From Alphaproteobacteria bacterium (GTDB lineage Bacteria; Pseudomonadota; Alphaproteobacteria; UBA7887): DNA of 64,000 nucleotides. Of this stretch, positions 1 through 8,774 are shown piece by piece (within the stretch, counting starts at the first letter, position 1; every line of letters starts with the position of its first letter). A program made the position numbers and the translations under genes. The stretch covers positions 4,736,001 to 4,800,000 of the forward strand of contig CBDCGL010000011.1 of the NCBI GenBank assembly GCA_965216755.1, read 5' to 3'. Under the pieces are notes generated by a model. It was not told where the DNA came from. It was given only the letters and a program-made list of their open reading frames with translations, and did not search any database.

Positions 1-30
1 CGCGCCAAGGGTGCATGTCGAGCCGCCTGT

Positions 31-402
31 TTGTCGCCAACCGGTACTGAGGTCATGGTGGTTGGACATGGTCACGCGACGGATGGTCGCGCTGGCCGCG
101 CATTGCACGCGCACGTTGCGCGCTTGGACAGCCGGGAGCTGTTCCGATGCGTGTCTGTAGCGTTTCTTGAAACGGACCCGACGTTTGCCGATGTTCTGGC
201 GCGCGCGGTTGGGCCGACGGTTGTGGTGGCCGCCCTGCTCGGCGGCGGCGCGCATGTCGGCCAAGACGTGGCCGCGAAAATTCGCGGGGCGCGGCAGCGG
301 CGATCTTCTGTCTGTTTCGCGGGCGCGATCGGCGACGATCCGCGGATTGCGGAAATCGTGATCGACCAGGTGCGCGCCTACGATCGTCACGTCGCTGCTT
401 GA
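31..402 (+). CDS. CbiX/SirB-like sirohydrochlorin chelatase domain (probably 5'-truncated by window edge)
   Basis: VVGHG...AFLE..P...H...D..AIG.DP pattern typical of CbiX domains. Confidence 0.7.
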   Translation: MSPTGTEVMVVGHGHATDGRAGRALHAHVARLDSRELFRCVSVAFLETDPTFADVLARAVGPTVVVAALLGGGAHVGQDVAAKIRGARQRRSSVCFAGAIGDDPRIAEIVIDQVRAYDRHVAA

Positions 403-406
403 TCCC

Positions 407-1450
407 TCAGCCTGTTCGTGCGACCAGAGGACTGGAGCGGTTCCGACGTTTCCACATGTCCGTCGCCGCTTCCCGCGCCTCGGCCATGTTGTGTGTGCGT
501 CCAAGCAGCTTCCACGCGATTGCCGTTGTGCCGACGATCGCTGCCGTAGGTCCCTGTAAATCGATGTCGCCGCGCCACAGTGCGCCGAGGCGCGCCGGAT
601 CCGGCGGCTCGTCGCGCCACCGCGTGCGCGCGCCGGGCGTTAGGGCGGGCCATGTTTCTTCATGCGCAATGCCATCGCGCAGGCCGACAACGTGGCAGGG
701 CTTGTCCGGGTTTGTCTGTGCCTCGCCGCCACCGCCCTTGAACGCGGCCAGGTTATTTTGCCCCAGAGCCATAGCCGTTTGTGCGTGCGTGGACAGATAG
801 TTGGGGTGAAAGACACCCAATATTTGTGCCGGCGCGCGAAGCGGGTTGAGCGCGCGGCAAAATGTGTTCGCCGCCGTGCGCACGCCAAGCTGAGGCCTAA
901 ACGCAAATAGCCGATCAACCTCAGGCGCGATATCGCCGATCAAGGCAAAAGCGAAACCGGTGCGCGCCATGGCCTGTGCCGCTTCGTTGAGTGAGGCACT
1001 GGGCATGATGCCCAGTTGCGCCAACGCCCGCGCCGTCGTCACACAACCATCCTCGTGGCCGCGCAAGCCGTGCATCAGGATGTGCACGCCGTTTTGTGCC
1101 AGCAGCAGCGCGGACAGCACGAACCACGGCAGCTGTTTGTGTCGGTCGGCGTAAGAGGGCCAGTCAAGGTCGGGTGGTGTGGGCGTGGCGATGGGGCGCA
1201 TGCGCTGCCGGGCGGCCTCGACGAAACCTGCCAGCTCGTCCGGGCTCTCCTTGCGATAGCGCAACACCAAAAGGAAAGCACCGACCTGAAGCGGCGCCGC
1301 GGTTTGGTCTAAGATCATGCCCATGGCAGCCCGGGCTTCGTCGCGGGTCAGTGCCCTCGATCGTCCGGGGCCGCGCCCAATCGTACGCACATACGCGGCG
1401 AATGCGTCTTCTCTGGCTGTTTGCGCGTTGTCCGCGTTGTGTTCCGACAT
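407..1450 (-). CDS. Glycosyl transferase family 3 / YbiB (TrpD2)-like protein
   Basis: GRGPGRSRALT..EA, QVGAFLL.LR, DLDWPSYA, GVFHP.Y, FKGGGGE motifs. Confidence 0.85.
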   Translation of the reverse strand: MSEHNADNAQTAREDAFAAYVRTIGRGPGRSRALTRDEARAAMGMILDQTAAPLQVGAFLLVLRYRKESPDELAGFVEAARQRMRPIATPTPPDLDWPSYADRHKQLPWFVLSALLLAQNGVHILMHGLRGHEDGCVTTARALAQLGIMPSASLNEAAQAMARTGFAFALIGDIAPEVDRLFAFRPQLGVRTAANTFCRALNPLRAPAQILGVFHPNYLSTHAQTAMALGQNNLAAFKGGGGEAQTNPDKPCHVVGLRDGIAHEETWPALTPGARTRWRDEPPDPARLGALWRGDIDLQGPTAAIVGTTAIAWKLLGRTHNMAEAREAATDMWKRRNRSSPLVARTG

Positions 1451-1613
1451 TGGGCCCCAGTGTTGCCAGTCTTGGTCAATTTGCCAAGATTTTTGCGATG
1501 GCGCGCAGGGAGACCTTCGGCTGGCTGGACACTGGTCTCAATATCACGCGCTTGGCCAACATGGCGGCGCATGCGAGCCTAAGCCACGTATGCGTGGGAG
1601 CGAGGAGGCGTGA

Positions 1614-3188
1614 ATGGCAACGGGGCGGGGAGATCACAGCGACGGGTGGCAAGCGGAAGTCGACACACTGGCCGACCGCCTGCGACGCGCGCGCGAGATG
1701 GGCGGAGCGGAAAAAATCGCCCGTCAACGCGCCGCCGGACGGATGACCGTGCGCGAGCGGATCGACGCCCTGCTGGACCCGGATAGTTTCCACGAAATCG
1801 GTGCCATCGCAGGGCGCGCGCTTTATGACGACGATGGCGTGTTGCAGGACTTTACTGCGTCGAACATCGTCTTTGGCCGTGGGCGGATCAGCGGCCGCCC
1901 GACGGTGGTGGTCGGCGACGATTTCACCATCCGGGGTGGGGCCGCGGACGCCAGTATCCACGCCAAGCAAATCGCCGCCGAACAAATGGCCAATGAATTG
2001 CGATTGCCCATCGTCCGTTTGGTGGAGGGTACGGGCGGCGGTGGCTCGGTGAAATCGGTCGAAATGGATGGTTACACATATGTGCCGGCGAATCCCGGCT
2101 GGAATTGGGTCGTCGACAACATGGCGACCGTGCCCGTGGTGTCTCTGGCTCTCGGGCCCGTGGCCGGCCTGGGCGCAGCCCGCATGGTCGCCAGCCATTA
2201 TTCGGTCATGGTGAAGGAGCTGTCGCAAATATTCGTGGCAGGTCCGCCCGTCGTGGCGCAGGTCGCGCAAAGCGTGACAAAAGAAGAGTTGGGCGGCGCG
2301 GCGATCCACGGCAGCAACGGCGTTGTCGACGATGTCGTCGAGTCAGAACAGGAGGCGTTCGCCAAGGCCCGGCGCTTTTTGTCATACATGCCCCAATCGG
2401 TGGACCAGCTTGCCGCGCGCGGCGCCGTGACGGACGCGCCCGGACGGCGCGAAGACTGGTTGATCAAGGCCGTGCCGCGCAATCGCCGACGCGTTTACAA
2501 AGTGCGCCCGATTATCGAGGCAATTGTTGACCAAGAAAGCTTTTTTGAGATCGGCGCCGGCTACGGGCGCTCGATCGTTGCCGGGCTCGCCCGCTTGGAC
2601 GGCTGGCCCGTCGGCGTCGTCGCGACGGACCCCTACGTGTTTGGGGGCGCCTGGACGGCCGACGCATCGTTTAAACTGATGCGTTTTGTCGATACGGCCG
2701 AAACGTTCCATTTGCCGGTGGTGCATTTCGTTGATTGCCCAGGCTTTATGATCGGTGTCGAGTCCGAGAAGGCCGCAACGATACGGCATGGGACGCGGGC
2801 CTTGTCGGCGATCTATCAGGCCACCGTGCCCTGGTGTTCGGTGATATTGCGTCGCGCCTTCGGTGTCGCCGGGGCCGCGCATGGCAACCACACGCGCTTT
2901 CATTATCGTTTCGCCTGGCCGTCGGGAGATTGGGGGTCGTTGCCGCTCGAGGGTGGCATTGAAGCGGCATACAAGGCCGATCTGGCCGAAAGCGACGATC
3001 CAGACGCCTTGCGCGCGGATATTGAACGGCGCCTCAATCATGTGCGCTCGCCGTTTCGGACCGCCGAACGTTTCGGTGTCGAAGACCTCATCGATCCGCG
3101 CGACACGCGACCCCTGCTGTGCGAGTTTGCCAATCTGGCGGCACCCTTACGGAAATTGGGATCGCGGCAGTTTGGCATGCGTCCCTAA
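1614..3188 (+). CDS. Acyl-CoA carboxylase carboxyltransferase (beta) subunit
   Basis: GRMTVRERID.LLD, DFTIRGG, EELGG..H, DCPGFMIG, IDPRDTR motifs. Confidence 0.9.
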   Translation: MATGRGDHSDGWQAEVDTLADRLRRAREMGGAEKIARQRAAGRMTVRERIDALLDPDSFHEIGAIAGRALYDDDGVLQDFTASNIVFGRGRISGRPTVVVGDDFTIRGGAADASIHAKQIAAEQMANELRLPIVRLVEGTGGGGSVKSVEMDGYTYVPANPGWNWVVDNMATVPVVSLALGPVAGLGAARMVASHYSVMVKELSQIFVAGPPVVAQVAQSVTKEELGGAAIHGSNGVVDDVVESEQEAFAKARRFLSYMPQSVDQLAARGAVTDAPGRREDWLIKAVPRNRRRVYKVRPIIEAIVDQESFFEIGAGYGRSIVAGLARLDGWPVGVVATDPYVFGGAWTADASFKLMRFVDTAETFHLPVVHFVDCPGFMIGVESEKAATIRHGTRALSAIYQATVPWCSVILRRAFGVAGAAHGNHTRFHYRFAWPSGDWGSLPLEGGIEAAYKADLAESDDPDALRADIERRLNHVRSPFRTAERFGVEDLIDPRDTRPLLCEFANLAAPLRKLGSRQFGMRP

Positions 3189-3604
3189 GGGCGTTCGGCC
3201 CTGTCGCCGTCGCCGGCCTCGCGCGCCGCGCCGAGGATACGGGACACGGCGAAGAAATGGGTACGACATGATTCAAGATTGCGGCGGGCGACGCCAAGGT
3301 CGTCGTAGAGCTGGCACAACCAAGCCTCCCGCCGTTTGTCATCCAGCGGCTCCAGCGCGCCATTCGCGGCGGCGGCCTTGAAGCTTCGTATGGCGCGCAG
3401 GCGCTTGCGCAACTGGTCTTCGGCGGTGGCCAAGGCACTGCGCGCTTCACGGTAGGCGTGACGATCGGTGCCGCCCGCGATAAGCTCGGGTGGTATGGGC
3501 CCATCAAATCGCGTTTCCAGTTCTGCGAGGCGGCGAAGATCCCCGTCGGGTGGACTCTCGTCCCACAGCCTTATGGCCACAACAGGCCTCGGTCGGCGAT
3601 CCAC
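3185..3604 (-). CDS. Hypothetical protein, only sizeable gene of the leftward (pL-like) unit
   Basis: 139-aa ORF downstream of the leftward promoter; start uncertain because the strong RBS serves an out-of-frame 26-aa ORF at 3651-3571. Confidence 0.5.
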   Translation of the reverse strand: MDRRPRPVVAIRLWDESPPDGDLRRLAELETRFDGPIPPELIAGGTDRHAYREARSALATAEDQLRKRLRAIRSFKAAAANGALEPLDDKRREAWLCQLYDDLGVARRNLESCRTHFFAVSRILGAAREAGDGDRAERP

Positions 3605-3687
3605 TCACAATCCGACCAATCCGCCAAGGCCCAGATCAAATCCCTCGTCATCTACCTATCTCCTGAATTGACAATCAGCTTGAAAGC

Positions 3688-3716
3688 AACGTAAGTGTAA
3701 CTTACTTTAATGTCAA
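3688..3716 (-). promoter_or_regulatory. pL-like sigma70 promoter containing operator palindrome GTAAG-N5-CTTAC
   Basis: Minus strand TTGACA-17 bp-TACGTT; perfect palindrome at 3691-3705. Confidence 0.7.
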
Positions 3717-4010
3717 GTATTGCTTTCTTAAAGGTTAGCGGAATAGTAAGGGCAGGGCACGGCTGCGCGACGATTCGCGGCGCGTCGCTTTCGTGATTCG
3801 TTGCGGGTGTCGGGTGGGAGGGTAGGGATGGGCGGCGCGCAAGCAGGCGTCGGTGTCGGCGGCGTCCTGCGGGTCGATGCCGCGTTCACGACATAGATAG
3901 ACCGATCCGCGCGTATTGGCGGTCCGCGCTTCGACGCAGCTCAGGCGGCCAAGGCGAATCCCATGCGGCCCGGCGGTGCGCCTGGCGCCAAAAAAGCGAA
4001 GTCTTGCAAA

Positions 4011-4700
4011 CTATCGAATGCGCAAATTGCGGCGATAGCGGCGGTGCTCGACCATGGTTCCGATAATACGCGTGTCGCCATCGGGTTCGATGATCGTGGT
4101 CGGCCAATCGCTGTTGGCAGGTACGAGTTCGATCAGATAGGGGTGGCGGTCACCGCGCACCATGCGGTATTTGCGCAAATAGGCGTACGGGTAATTTGGC
4201 AGCTTTGCCAATACGATATCGCCGGGGTCGGGAGGTACGTCGGGGTCGATGACAACGCGGTCGCCGGTACGGATCTCGGGATCCATGCTGTCATCGGTAA
4301 CGGAAAAACCAAAGGCTCGATTGCCGACCACGACATCCGGCACAATTGTCGCCACGGTTGCGCCCAAATGGCGGACGACGGGATTCGGCCAATCGGCGGC
4401 CGAAAGATGGTCAAAAACATACAGCGCGCCTTGCTCGATTGGCGGCAGCTTGCCGGGCTCCTCGATCGGCAATTCCCGACCATCCGTATCTTGCATCGGG
4501 CCCTGATCGTTCGCCAGCCAAGATATATTGACGTTGTACATTAAGGCCAGATCAAGCAAGCGCGAACTGACCGGCGACGTCTTGCCGTTTTCCCACTGAG
4601 AGATCGATGAGCGGGTGACCGACAGCTGTTGGGCGACTTGGTCTTGGGAGAGGCCGGCACGCTGCCGGGCAAAGCGAAGACGTTCAGCCAAAGTTGACAT
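4011..4700 (-). CDS. CI-like repressor (XRE HTH + S24 peptidase)
   Basis: RLRFAR..AGLSQ..VA....VTRSSISQWENG HTH; DSM.P....GD.VVID and RK catalytic residues. Confidence 0.92.
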   Translation of the reverse strand: MSTLAERLRFARQRAGLSQDQVAQQLSVTRSSISQWENGKTSPVSSRLLDLALMYNVNISWLANDQGPMQDTDGRELPIEEPGKLPPIEQGALYVFDHLSAADWPNPVVRHLGATVATIVPDVVVGNRAFGFSVTDDSMDPEIRTGDRVVIDPDVPPDPGDIVLAKLPNYPYAYLRKYRMVRGDRHPYLIELVPANSDWPTTIIEPDGDTRIIGTMVEHRRYRRNLRIR

Positions 4701-4747
4701 AGCCGAAAGATGTGAGCGGATCTACCGCCTGTCACTGATAGAATCAC

Positions 4748-4776
4748 TTGACAAAGAGGTAAGACTTACTTAACAT
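4748..4776 (+). promoter_or_regulatory. pR-like sigma70 promoter containing operator GTAAG-N5-CTTAA
   Basis: TTGACA-17 bp-TAACAT; operator at 4759-4773, same offset from -35 as in the leftward promoter. Confidence 0.7.
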
Positions 4777-4837
4777 CCAATCTGGATAGGGCCACGGCGG
4801 TGTGTGCTGGGGCCAAACGTGGACAGAGGAGATAGAG

Positions 4838-5236
4838 ATGGAGTGCGCCTCGGGTTGTGGCAGGACGGTTCCGTCAAGAGACATGGCCGCGCGCTTGGCG
4901 ACGGCCGCGGATACACTCAAGCGGCTACCGGCGTCGGGGCTGCGTCCGCACGGCGTGCGCAGCGCCTGGCCCGATGTGGTGCGTTCAGTTCAAGAGGCTT
5001 ATGGCTATGAACGTGCGCGGATGCGTCCGCCACCGCCAACGCCGGAGGCGATTGACGATCTGGACCGCTGTTTGGATTTGGTCAGAACGCTGAGCCCGGA
5101 CGACCAGCGGTTGGTGTGGGCGCGCGCCCTTGGCGCCCGTTGGCAGCCCTTGTGTCGCAAATTCGGAGTTAGTCGCAGCACCCTGTGGCGGCGTTGGGCG
5201 ATGGCGTTGGAAGCTCTTTCCAAAGTAAACGAATAA
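4838..5236 (+). CDS. DUF6362-like phage late regulator / putative antiterminator
   Basis: RL..AA.TL.RLP..G.RP....SAWP...P.P.AI...LVWARA....W...G.SR.T.WRRW; RBS GAGGAG; directly before late promoter and terminators. Confidence 0.75.
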   Translation: MECASGCGRTVPSRDMAARLATAADTLKRLPASGLRPHGVRSAWPDVVRSVQEAYGYERARMRPPPPTPEAIDDLDRCLDLVRTLSPDDQRLVWARALGARWQPLCRKFGVSRSTLWRRWAMALEALSKVNE

Positions 5237-5241
5237 ATAGC

Positions 5242-5270
5242 TTGACAGAGAAATAACATTTTAGTATACG
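5242..5270 (+). promoter_or_regulatory. Late promoter 1
   Basis: TTGACA-17 bp-TATACG preceded by AAATAGC. Confidence 0.6.
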
Positions 5271-5392
5271 AAACATCGTAATCTGACGCAAATCAGGCGC
5301 GGTATCGCAAGCCACGTCTGTTGTAGACGCTGAATTGCGTTCAATTGCGATTTGGCGCGTGCGCATCGCGTTTGATTGATTGCATGGTCCAG

Positions 5393-5424
5393 AAGCCTCG
5401 TCGACATACCGGCGGGGCTTTTTC
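5393..5424 (+). terminator. Intrinsic terminator
   Basis: AAGCCTCGTCG-loop-CGGCGGGGCTT followed by T run. Confidence 0.65.
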
Positions 5425-5428
5425 GCGA

Positions 5429-5538
5429 CCTGAATGTGCGGCCGACGTTTGTGGCCGAAGCTGTGACTTAAGCAAGTGGCTTAGGTTTGTAGCCTAAGTT
5501 TGTAGTCTGCGTTTGCAACCTAAGTTTATCGCCTAAGT
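5429..5538. repeat. Degenerate 13-bp tandem array (consensus ~CCTAAGTTTGTAG, about 8 units)
   Basis: cctgaatgtgcgg/ccgacgtttgtgg/ccgaagctgtga/cttaagcaagtgg/cttaggtttgtag/cctaagtttgtag/tctgcgtttgcaa/cctaagtttatcg/cctaagt. Confidence 0.7.
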
Positions 5539-5568
5539 GGGGCGTGCCGATTGCGGCACGCCCCTTTT
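5539..5568 (+). terminator. Intrinsic terminator
   Basis: GGGGCGTGCCG-ATTG-CGGCACGCCCC-TTTT, perfect 11-bp stem. Confidence 0.8.
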
Positions 5569-5644
5569 CGTTTGGCATCGAGAGCGATCTCTAGCGGCGT
5601 AATTGTGCGCCGCCGAGGTCGCGTCTGACCCAGAGCACCCGCAT

Positions 5645-6883
5645 ATGTTTATCCCTTTTATGCCGCCGACGTTGGCGCAACGTGCCGCAATGGTCGAAGC
5701 ACTTTTGGCGCCACCGGCGCCGATGCTGCCAATGATCACGCCGGATTCGCCGATTGGCCGACCGGCGCAACCGGCAGTTCCGTTTGGGGCACCGTTCGGT
5801 GCCTTCGCGCCAATCGGTCCGGGCACGCCACCAGTATCCGAGAACGCGCACCGGCCGGGACCGTCAGCATTTGCCGGGCCATTATTTGGCGTGCCAATAC
5901 CGACGCCACCGCTGCCTCCGGTCATTCCGTCGCGGCAGGCCATGGTGGAGGCGCTTTTACCCGGGGCCGTCGTGAGCAGCTTCGAAGGCACGCCGACGGC
6001 GCCCGGTGCGCGGGTCGCCCCGGCTTCGCCGCCAAACTCGATGCAGCGCGCCATGGTGGAGGCGCTGTCACCGGATGTCGCCAAGTTCTTTGGATTTTCG
6101 CCGAACGGAGGCCCTGATGGCCCGGGCGCAACGCATCGAACGCCGACGAACCCACGGTTCCTTCCCAATCTCATTCTTGCCTCAGTCGGCCGCGATGAGC
6201 CACCGCCACCACAGAGTGTGGATGTGTTCAGTGATTTGCTTAAGCAAGGTGAGCCGGAGAGGTTATGGCGGGAGCCGTCAAATCCGACGCAACGAGAAAT
6301 CGGAGAGTTCATACTTTCGATCGCCCCGGGGGTCGGCGAGGTGATGTCGGCGATGGAAGCATATGACGCCTATAAAACTGCTTATGCGGCTTTGCAAGAC
6401 GGTGATACCCAGCGCGCTTTGGTTGCGGCGGCAAAGGGCACAACGGCATTGTTTTCGGTCATTCCCGTTTTCGGCCGCACTGTCAAGCTCTCGAAACTGG
6501 GTGTGATCCTCGCGCTGCGGCTCTTCGACCACGCTGACTACAAAGGTCCACAAATCAAGGAGGGGGAGGCGGGTGGCGAAAGTGCGAGCAGAAATTTCCC
6601 AAAAAAGGAAAAAGAGGCGACTAAGGTTCGCGACATTACAAGCACATGCGTATTTTGTCGGCAAGCGGGCGTCGGGGTCCAAGTGGATCATGCCCACCCA
6701 AAAGCGCGCGGCGGCAACGCAACGGAAGCGAACGCACAATTGGCCTGCGCCCATTGCAATCCGTCTAAGCGCGATCGAGACGTGCCTGTCAATCCCCCAC
6801 CCGGATGGCAAGGTGATTGGCCACCATACTGGATTGCAAAATGGCCGGAACTGCGGGGTATAGGTTTGCGGGTCCCGAGGTAA
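5645..6883 (+). CDS. Polymorphic toxin-like protein: Pro-rich N-terminus, pre-toxin TG-like hinge, C-terminal HNH nuclease
   Basis: CVFC...VDH..PK.RGG......N.QLAC.HCN.SK HNH; LSIAPGVGE hinge; followed by DUF4265-like genes. Confidence 0.8.
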   Translation: MFIPFMPPTLAQRAAMVEALLAPPAPMLPMITPDSPIGRPAQPAVPFGAPFGAFAPIGPGTPPVSENAHRPGPSAFAGPLFGVPIPTPPLPPVIPSRQAMVEALLPGAVVSSFEGTPTAPGARVAPASPPNSMQRAMVEALSPDVAKFFGFSPNGGPDGPGATHRTPTNPRFLPNLILASVGRDEPPPPQSVDVFSDLLKQGEPERLWREPSNPTQREIGEFILSIAPGVGEVMSAMEAYDAYKTAYAALQDGDTQRALVAAAKGTTALFSVIPVFGRTVKLSKLGVILALRLFDHADYKGPQIKEGEAGGESASRNFPKKEKEATKVRDITSTCVFCRQAGVGVQVDHAHPKARGGNATEANAQLACAHCNPSKRDRDVPVNPPPGWQGDWPPYWIAKWPELRGIGLRVPR

Positions 6884-7117
6884 AATGGAACGGTGCGTCG
6901 TGAGGGTTCGGCACACTGAGGAGAAAATAATTTCTGTGCTGGGTCCTATCTCAATCCATCATTTCAGTTGTTGAGATCGCGCAAGGATTGAATTACTTTG
7001 ATGACAATTCAATCGCTGTCGCGTAGATGTAAATTCAACTGTATCTCGCGAATCAATGATGCGAATAGAATATTTGAGCAAAGAATCCTGTAGAGGATAA
7101 ACAAAAAGGAAATCCGT

Positions 7118-7600
7118 GTGGGAAAATACAAAATATTCGAGCATTCTCTGCCACTGTGGGAAGACAAAGGCACGACCGTCGTCCTCGCTTACGTAACTGA
7201 TGATGAGGACAAGAATGAGTGGGAAGCCCTTTGGGCGCGTCAGATTAGAAAAGATCACTATGAAATTTGCTGTATACCATTCTTTGCCTATAAAATTGCC
7301 TTAGGCGATATTGTCCGGACCAATTCGAGACGGGCCGTGGTGGGCGTCGCTGAGCCTTCTGGTCGGTCCGTGTTTCGGGTCTACTTTAAGCCGGAATTTG
7401 ATGCAAGCACGCGAGAAGCGCGCATTCGAGATGTATTGAACGGTATCGCGGACTTAGGTGGCGAAATGGAATTCTACCATGAGGATCTTCTCGGTATTGA
7501 CGCGAAGAACAAGGATATCGCTAACAAAGTCGTTGAGTTCCTGAAGGAATGGGAAGGTAACACAGAGTTATTATTATACGAGCACGGCAAATATCCATGA
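7118..7600 (+). CDS. DUF4265-like putative immunity protein, copy 1
   Basis: E.LWA......YEI.CIPFFAY.IALGDIV....PSGRS.FRV; lower GC. Confidence 0.75.
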   Translation: MGKYKIFEHSLPLWEDKGTTVVLAYVTDDEDKNEWEALWARQIRKDHYEICCIPFFAYKIALGDIVRTNSRRAVVGVAEPSGRSVFRVYFKPEFDASTREARIRDVLNGIADLGGEMEFYHEDLLGIDAKNKDIANKVVEFLKEWEGNTELLLYEHGKYP

Positions 7601-7870
7601 ATATCAACATCGTGGTCGGGGCCCGATTTCAGCGACTGTTAACCTAATGCATCATACTTCGCAGACTATGTTTTAAAATCACAATTTGTGCGTTTGGTAA
7701 TGTGTCACCGTAATCCAAAGTTTCGCACGTCGAGAAAAGGTGTTTCTGGAGCGGGTCAGGGCGCGGTCTTGCGAACGCCGGGTGTTTGATGCGGTTTACG
7801 TCGACATAGGGCGATAGCGGCACGGTGTTTTTGCAAGAAATCCTGTGGGCATCCAACAAGAGGTTCCCGC

Positions 7871-8353
7871 GTGAAAAAATACAAAATATTTAAGCATTCC
7901 CTGCCATTGTGGCATGACAAAGTCGATTCCTTCATCATGGCTGACGTAACTGATGATGAGGACGAAGATCAGTGGGAGAAGATCTGGACACGTCGCGTTG
8001 AGAAGGAGCGCTATGAAATCTGCTGCATACCATTCTTCACCTATAAAATTGCCTTGGGCGACATCGTCCGTGCAGATTGGATGGGGGCTTTCAGATGGGT
8101 TGTCGAGCCCTCCGGTCGGTCCGTGTTTCGGGTCTATTTTGAGCCGGAATTCGATCCAAGCACGCGAGAAGCGCGCATTCGAGATGTTTTGAACGGTATC
8201 GCTGACTTAGGTGGCGAAATGGAATTCTACAATGAGGACCTCCTCGCTATTGACGCAAAGAACAAGGATATCGCTGACAAAGTCATAGAGTTTCTGAAGG
8301 AATGGGAAGATAATACCGAACTGCTGGAGTATGAGCACGGCAAGTATCCTTGA
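7871..8353 (+). CDS. DUF4265-like putative immunity protein, copy 2
   Basis: Same length and motifs as 7118-7600; ~750-bp tandem duplication including flanks. Confidence 0.75.
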   Translation: MKKYKIFKHSLPLWHDKVDSFIMADVTDDEDEDQWEKIWTRRVEKERYEICCIPFFTYKIALGDIVRADWMGAFRWVVEPSGRSVFRVYFEPEFDPSTREARIRDVLNGIADLGGEMEFYNEDLLAIDAKNKDIADKVIEFLKEWEDNTELLEYEHGKYP

Positions 8354-8524
8354 ATATCAACATCCTGGTCGCGGTCAAATTACGGTGACAGTTTACTAAA
8401 TGCATCGTACTTTGGAGACTTTGTTTCATGCTGACAGTTTGTGCATTTAGTAAACTGTCACCGAAATACCGAAACGCCGAAATGGCGCAGACTTCACAGT
8501 GTGGAGCGCATACAAAAAAATAGC

Positions 8525-8553
8525 TAGACACATAATACACAATTTGCTATAGT
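8525..8553 (+). promoter_or_regulatory. Late promoter 2
   Basis: TAGACA-17 bp-TATAGT preceded by AAATAGC, as in late promoter 1. Confidence 0.6.
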
Positions 8554-8579
8554 GCGAATGTTAAGTGGGGAGACGTATC

Positions 8580-8615
8580 GCCTCGGCGCCGAATTGGTGT
8601 CGGGGCTTTTTGTTT
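8580..8615 (+). terminator. Intrinsic terminator just downstream of late promoter 2
   Basis: GCCTCGGCGCC-GAATT-GGTGTCGGGGC-TTTTTGTTT. Confidence 0.7.
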
Positions 8616-8774
8616 GCCGGCGCTAGGAGCCGTCGCACAACGCGGCGGACATCGTTTCAGGGCCGGCAGCCAAATAGGCGAGCCAATCCCCAGGAAAAGG
8701 CGTGGATTGGCGGGATAATGGATCGCGGAGGCGGGGCCAGGATCCGACGAGAGGTGGCGGCGACAGCGGGGGGT

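Noticed and set aside
1476-3041. Long antisense ORFs over the carboxyltransferase (and similar shadows elsewhere)
   Set aside because: Expected shadow frames in high-GC coding DNA
5429-5538. CRISPR array
   Set aside because: 13-bp contiguous degenerate units, no spacers, no cas genes
5645-6883. Ordinary terminase-associated or homing HNH endonuclease
   Set aside because: About 412 aa with pre-toxin hinge shared with a second toxin and followed by DUF4265-like genes; packaging HNHs are small stand-alone proteins
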